From assembly GCA_041649575.1 (NCBI GenBank), contig JBAZMW010000004.1, positions 1-32,000 of the forward strand: DNA of 32,000 nucleotides, written 5' to 3'. Shown here piece after piece: positions 28,109 through 32,000 of the stretch. The DNA is from Patescibacteria group bacterium (GTDB lineage Bacteria; Patescibacteriota; Patescibacteriia; 2-01-FULL-39-33). Below the pieces are notes generated by a model. It did not search any database, was not told the DNA's origin, and saw only the letters and a list, made by a program, of their open reading frames with translations. The translations under genes were made by a program, and so were the position numbers. Positions within the stretch are counted from its first letter, which is position 1. The number at the start of each line of letters is the position of its first letter.

Positions 28109-28137
28109 AAAAGTTCCCACTACTGGTGGGAGCTTTT
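28109..28137. terminator. Terminator after tRNA-Val
   Basis: AAAAG-TTCCCAC-TACT-GGTGGGA-GCTTTT. Confidence 0.8.
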
Positions 28138-28165
28138 ACTTTAAGCCTGTTTAAAAAAAATAAAA

Positions 28166-28633
28166 CTAAATATTTCTCTCCAATACTAAATCATAATCCT
28201 TAAACCCCTCTCTTCTGTAAAACCTGATTGCTCTAAAATTTTGAGCACTGGCGACGACACGAACTCTTTTAGCCTTCTTCAGCCGGCACCATTTAATAAA
28301 TTCTTTAAATAATTTGCCTCCGATTCCCAGGCTACGGAATTTTTCAAGCACGAACATATTTTCGGCTTCTGCCAATTTAGATATTGTTCTATATTCTTCG
28401 GCCTCAACAATACCACCGACTAGATAACCAATAACTTTATTTTCTAAAACAGCTACTAAGGCACAGCCGCTCCTTATTCTTTTTTTGAAATACTTTTCAC
28501 TAGGATCGCTAAGTGAATAGTCCTTATCAATGGTCTGATCAAACTCCGCATACTCTTTTAAACAAAGACGGTGATTTAAGTCTTGGATGTCTTTAAAATC
28601 TTTAAGGGTGGCAAATTTAATTTTTGGTTTCAT
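28166..28633 (-). CDS. GNAT family N-acetyltransferase
   Basis: MKPKIKFATLKDFKDIQDL...; NMFVLEKFRSLGIGGKLFKEFIKWCRLKKAKRVRVVASAQNFRAIRFYRREGFKDYDLVLERNI. The track start at 28648 is TTG; ATG at 28631-28633 is preferred. Confidence 0.93.
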   Translation of the reverse strand: MKPKIKFATLKDFKDIQDLNHRLCLKEYAEFDQTIDKDYSLSDPSEKYFKKRIRSGCALVAVLENKVIGYLVGGIVEAEEYRTISKLAEAENMFVLEKFRSLGIGGKLFKEFIKWCRLKKAKRVRVVASAQNFRAIRFYRREGFKDYDLVLERNI

Positions 28634-28648
28634 ATATTTATCTGCCAA

Positions 28649-28677
28649 TTGACTAAAATTACTAGGCTGACTTTATT
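28649..28677 (+). promoter_or_regulatory. Possible promoter TTGACT-N17-TTTATT
   Basis: Places the predicted start within a few nt of the rod-like RNA candidate. Confidence 0.4.
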
Positions 28678-28685
28678 GAGCAATA

Positions 28686-28809
28686 GGAGTGACGGTTATT
28701 TCTTGCCCGCGCATCTCGTTTGGACCACCTGAACAAGTCAGGCGGAACTGTTTTTAGCGGCTTACGGGGCACGAGATATACACCACCCGCAATAACTAAC
28801 CGTCACTCC
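28686..28809 (+). ncRNA. Rod-shaped structured RNA candidate (124 nt), strand assignment tentative
   Basis: GGAGTGACGGTTA (28686-28698) pairs with TAACCGTCACTCC (28797-28809); further nested TTGC/GCAA and ATCTCGT/ACGAGAT, and an apical CCACCTGA/TCAGGCGG stem with one mismatch. Confidence 0.55.
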
Positions 28810-28951
28810 ATTTTACCTAATAAAATTTTAAATTTTCATCTTTGAGTTCTACATACGAGCTGGCTAAAATGACCAGCCAAATACAGTGTCAATTATAGTT
28901 GAATACGTCTCTAAAATCAAGACGATCCTGGTGTAATAAAAAAATAAAGGA

Positions 28952-28980
28952 TTGACTTTTTTATAAATTTTACGTAAAAT
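28952..28980 (+). promoter_or_regulatory. Promoter TTGACT-N17-TAAAAT
   Basis: TTGACT 28952-28957, spacer 17, TAAAAT 28975-28980, upstream of the 29017 ORF. Confidence 0.75.
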
Positions 28981-29016
28981 AAACAAACCATTGTCTCTAA
29001 ACATGGCACAAGGAGA

Positions 29017-29265
29017 ATGGAGATGGAATTTGTTCCTTTCTATATCGACACCGACACCACTAATACCGGAGTTAGAGATTCTGAGCAATGGGCCCGAGTC
29101 GAGGCTGAGGAAAAGAGACTCCTGCCCAACGCCAGGTTATCGGTTACACAGGAGATACGTGGGTTACCAACTTTCGGCTTCGACAACTGGAGAGGCTATA
29201 CGGGGGAAACGCTCGGGGAGTGGGCGCGTAGGAGGGGAATGGACCTTTTCCCCGACCGATTCTAG
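29017..29265 (+). CDS. Small orphan protein (82 aa)
   Basis: AAGGAG just upstream; own promoter and following terminator hairpin. Confidence 0.6.
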   Translation: MEMEFVPFYIDTDTTNTGVRDSEQWARVEAEEKRLLPNARLSVTQEIRGLPTFGFDNWRGYTGETLGEWARRRGMDLFPDRF

Positions 29266-29287
29266 AAAGTCAATGACCTTTGATTCT

Positions 29288-29316
29288 GCCGTGACCGTGC
29301 ACTTAGCGGTCACGGC
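29288..29316 (+). terminator. Terminator of the 29017 cassette
   Basis: GCCGTGACCG TGCACTTAG CGGTCACGGC followed by GGTTGCTTTT. Confidence 0.85.
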
Positions 29317-29418
29317 GGTTGCTTTTATGACAAAAAACTTTATCATAAAACAATCAAATTTAAAATAAAAAATTGGGAATTTAAAGGCTTTTTATGTTAG
29401 AATAAAGATAATAGTTGT

Positions 29419-31017
29419 ATGAAAATTAGCGTAGAAAAAAAATTACGAAACTGGCAACTAGAGGCGCTGAAATCGCCCGAGTTTGCTTTTGTGGAAAAGT
29501 TGACAAAAAAATTCCCCGAGGCGAAAGTTTACTTGGTGGGCGGTGCCGTCAGAGACCTGATTCTAGAGCGTGATACTAAGGATTTTGATTTTGTGGTGGC
29601 CAAAGTGCCGGCCAAGGATTTGGAAAAATTCCTTAGCTCTTTGGGCAAGGTCAATCTGGTTGGCAAAAGTTTTGGAGTATTTAAGTTTGTACCTAATAAC
29701 GTCATCCCGAGCGAAGCCAGGGGAGAAGTGTGGGGATCCCGCGGGATTGCCACGTCGTCCGGTTCCGTTACGCGGAACCGGTCTCCTCGCAATGACATTA
29801 TTTTTGAACCCTTCGATATCGCTCTGCCGCGCACCGAGCATGCGGGCATGAGCGGCGGCTACAGGGATTTCGAAGTGCAAAGCGACCAAGACTTGCCAAT
29901 CGAGGAAGATTTGTCACGCCGCGATTTTACTATTAATGCCCTGGCCTGGGACTTGAGAGAGAAAAAAATAATTGACGAGTTTGACGGACTAAAAGATTTG
30001 GAAAATAAAACTATCAAAGCGATTGGCAAACCGGAACAGAGATTCCAGGAGGATTATACCCGCCTGCTGCGCGCTATCAGGCTCTGCTGCCAACTGGATT
30101 TTATGATCGAGGCCCACACCCTGAAAACCATTCACGACAAAGCTCAAAAAATCGGCACCATTGCCAAAGAAAGAATTAATGAAGAGCTAGTCAAAATTGT
30201 CATGTCGAACAAAGCCGAGGACGGTTTTCGATTACTGCAAAAAATCGGGCTTTTAAAAATATTAATTCCAGAACTGGAGTCGACGGTTAACATCAGCCAG
30301 AATAAACATCATATTTACGACATTTTTGAACATAGCGTACGGGCGCTGGGAGCAGGCGCTCAAAGGAATTATTCGCTTTGGGTGCGGCTGGCGGCGCTAC
30401 TGCATGACATTGGCAAGCCGCAAACAAAAGAGGGCGAAGGCCCCGACTCAACTTTTTACAACCACGACATCGTTGGAGCCAAAATCGCCAAAAATATTTT
30501 AAAACGACTAGATTTTTCCAATGAGACTATTAGCAAGGTGACGCATTTAGTGCGTTATCATATGTTTTATTATGCCCTGGATACGGTGAGCGACGCCGGA
30601 GTAAGGCGACTACTAGCGCGACTGGGCAAAGAAAATATTCAAGATTTCATTGATGTCAGAATCTGCGACCGGTTGGGCATGGGCCGGCCTAAGGCCAAAC
30701 CCTGGAAGCTGATTGAGCTGGAACGCCGACTCAAGGAAGTGCAGCTCGATCCCATTACTCCCAAGATGCTCAAAATCAATGGCGATGAGCTGATGAAAAT
30801 TTTGAAAATCAAGCCGGGACCGCGAGTGGGCCTGATACTTAATGCCCTGCTGGGCGAGGTTTTGGAAGATCCCGAGAAAAACGATAAAAAATATTTGACC
30901 AAAAAAATGAAAGAGTTGGATAAATCGAAAGACGAAGAATTAAAAAAACTAAATCCGGATGTAAAATTTTACGAAGAAGAAAGGAAGAGGTTGCTACATT
31001 TCAATAAAGACAACTAA
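29419..31017 (+). CDS. cca: CCA tRNA nucleotidyltransferase / poly(A) polymerase family with HD domain
   Basis: 532 aa; FPEAKVYLVGGAVRDLILERDTKDFDFVV, DLSRRDFTINALAWDL, AALLHDIGKPQTKEG. Confidence 0.93.
   Translation: MKISVEKKLRNWQLEALKSPEFAFVEKLTKKFPEAKVYLVGGAVRDLILERDTKDFDFVVAKVPAKDLEKFLSSLGKVNLVGKSFGVFKFVPNNVIPSEARGEVWGSRGIATSSGSVTRNRSPRNDIIFEPFDIALPRTEHAGMSGGYRDFEVQSDQDLPIEEDLSRRDFTINALAWDLREKKIIDEFDGLKDLENKTIKAIGKPEQRFQEDYTRLLRAIRLCCQLDFMIEAHTLKTIHDKAQKIGTIAKERINEELVKIVMSNKAEDGFRLLQKIGLLKILIPELESTVNISQNKHHIYDIFEHSVRALGAGAQRNYSLWVRLAALLHDIGKPQTKEGEGPDSTFYNHDIVGAKIAKNILKRLDFSNETISKVTHLVRYHMFYYALDTVSDAGVRRLLARLGKENIQDFIDVRICDRLGMGRPKAKPWKLIELERRLKEVQLDPITPKMLKINGDELMKILKIKPGPRVGLILNALLGEVLEDPEKNDKKYLTKKMKELDKSKDEELKKLNPDVKFYEEERKRLLHFNKDN
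29701..29796 (+). repeat. 96-bp palindromic repeat inserted in-frame in the tRNA nucleotidyltransferase gene
   Basis: GTCATcccgagcgaagcc...ctcctcgcAATGAC; contains CCGGTTCCG/CGGAACCGG (29759-29767/29773-29781) and ATCCCGCGGGAT (29736-29747); 96 = 32 codons. Confidence 0.85.
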
Positions 31018-31020
31018 AAA

Positions 31021-31044
31021 GCACGCGACTACTGCCCCGCGTGC
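31021..31044 (-). terminator. Terminator of the small minus-strand operon
   Basis: Minus strand GCACGCG GGGCAGTAGT CGCGTGC TTTTTAG. Confidence 0.85.
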
Positions 31045-31081
31045 CCAGGCTAAGCTGATGGAGTGAACGCCCAATGTATGA

Positions 31082-31366
31082 CTACTTCCCTAATAAATCA
31101 CCTGCGCCATTCTCGCGCATGTACGCCTCGGCTCGTGCCGCATTTGGATCGATGCGGGCATAATCATAGACATCGTTGGCGCACCTATCCACTTGATCAC
31201 CAATGAAGGAAAAACGATTGAACCAACCCTTCTCGTCGAATCCTGACGGCCTGATGAACTGCACTACGTCGCCGCTGGGACTACTGCCAACCGGGCTTAG
31301 CAGAATATAGAACCGTCCGGATTCCAAGTCTGCGGCTGTCACTTGTTTTGCTGCTGTCCCCGCCAT
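31082..31366 (-). CDS. Hypothetical protein (94 aa)
   Basis: SD AAGGAGG overlapping the upstream ORF stop, ATG at 31366. Confidence 0.65.
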   Translation of the reverse strand: MAGTAAKQVTAADLESGRFYILLSPVGSSPSGDVVQFIRPSGFDEKGWFNRFSFIGDQVDRCANDVYDYARIDPNAARAEAYMRENGAGDLLGK

Positions 31367-31378
31367 AGATGATCCTCC

Positions 31379-31714
31379 TTAGCGCTGACTAACACTGATG
31401 TCGAAGAAAGCACGTAGACTCTGTGAAAGCCGTTTTTCCATCTGATCAAGTTGTTTGCCTCTCACGCGACGGCCGAAATCCTTTAAAGGGACCTGACCTT
31501 GGACAAGCTCGCCGGTATCCGAATTGAGCACAAACACATCAATGCCGGCTGGACTCACGAGAGCGCCACTTCTACCGATTACCCTGATGATCTGCTGAGA
31601 TTCTCTCCGATAATAGCAGGCGTCTAGACTCAGCCCTTTATACTTCTTTTTCTTCTCGTCTACCTGCCAATTCATTATCCAAACAACTCCGTGTTCGACT
31701 TTTCTTCGTCTCAT
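31379..31714 (-). CDS. Hypothetical protein (about 111 aa)
   Basis: Start trimmed from 31735 to the ATG at 31712-31714 because the GGAGGTGG SD precedes MRRRKVEHG; stop overlaps the SD of the next ORF. Confidence 0.65.
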   Translation of the reverse strand: MRRRKVEHGVVWIMNWQVDEKKKKYKGLSLDACYYRRESQQIIRVIGRSGALVSPAGIDVFVLNSDTGELVQGQVPLKDFGRRVRGKQLDQMEKRLSQSLRAFFDISVSQR

Positions 31715-31771
31715 TGCGACTCCACCTCCCTCCATAAGAGCGGATTAAAAGCCAAAGCCAATGTACAGCTT

Positions 31772-32000
31772 ATGATAGAAAACATTACCATAATAAATTC
31801 TAATAGTCAAGGCCAACGCCTGGATAAATTTTTGGTGGAAAAATTACCGGAATTATCCCGTTCGCAAATCCAAAAAGCCATTAAAGACGGTCTGGCTTTA
31901 GTCAATGATAAAAAGGTGACAGTACACCACTTTTTGAAAGCGGGTGATGTCGTTAAAATCATTCCCCTTTCTTCTAAGGAGGGGCCAGGGGGAGGTTCTG
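31772..32000 (+). CDS. S4-domain protein, likely RluA-family pseudouridine synthase, truncated by the window end
   Basis: Manual translation MIENITIINSNSQGQRLDKFLVEKLPELSRSQIQKAIKDGLALVNDKKVTVHHFLKAGDVVKIIPLSSKEGPGGGS...; no stop before 32000. Confidence 0.8.
   Translation, partial: MIENITIINSNSQGQRLDKFLVEKLPELSRSQIQKAIKDGLALVNDKKVTVHHFLKAGDVVKIIPLSSKEGPGGGS

Noticed and set aside
28646-28648. TTG start for the GNAT gene as in the ORF track
   Set aside because: ATG at 28631-28633 (MKPKIKFATLKD) fits the family start better; the upstream start would add five residues.
28686-28809. Small bacterial SRP (4.5S) RNA
   Set aside because: Length and rod shape fit, but the conserved GGAAGGAAGCAGCC-type apical motif is absent on both strands, so the family name is not assigned.

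Overview
This 32 kb window looks like a compact, AT-rich bacterial chromosome segment. Gene style (short hypotheticals, DUF5666-like and SdpI-like proteins, in-gene palindromic repeats) suggests Patescibacteria/CPR; this is inference, not proven. Leftward block: a truncated small ORF, comM/yifB, a DUF5680-like cassette on +, lspA, a TraR/DksA-type zinc-finger protein, a hypothetical, then pnp and rpsO, a zinc-ribbon ORF and a nitroreductase. Then come three tRNAs (Arg-UCU, Arg-CCG, His-GUG) and a rightward block: a radical-SAM/HD gene split by a frameshift at T8, a sigma factor, a MacA/MacB-like ABC export cluster, cfa on -, small membrane proteins and an SdpR/SdpI-like pair. After that: tyrS(-), valS(-), a DHH phosphoesterase(+), tRNA-Ile(UAU), tRNA-Val(GAC), a GNAT(-), a short ORF cassette, a CCA-adding/poly(A) polymerase family gene carrying an in-frame palindromic insertion, a coupled pair of small minus-strand ORFs, and a truncated S4/RluA-type gene. 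Main leads: (1) an unassigned GC-rich multibranched ncRNA candidate on the minus strand at about 3733-4045, with a TTGACT-N17-TATAAT promoter and three DnaA-box-like 9-mers just upstream; (2) a 124-nt rod-shaped RNA candidate at 28686-28809; (3) two tRNA-associated palindromic elements flanked by duplicated tRNA fragments; (4) a 96-bp in-frame palindromic element inside the tRNA nucleotidyltransferase gene; (5) a radical-SAM/HD fusion split at an 8-T run; (6) recurring small-ORF cassettes with near-consensus promoters, strong Shine-Dalgarno sites and GC-rich terminators. No CRISPR array, transposase or rRNA was seen.
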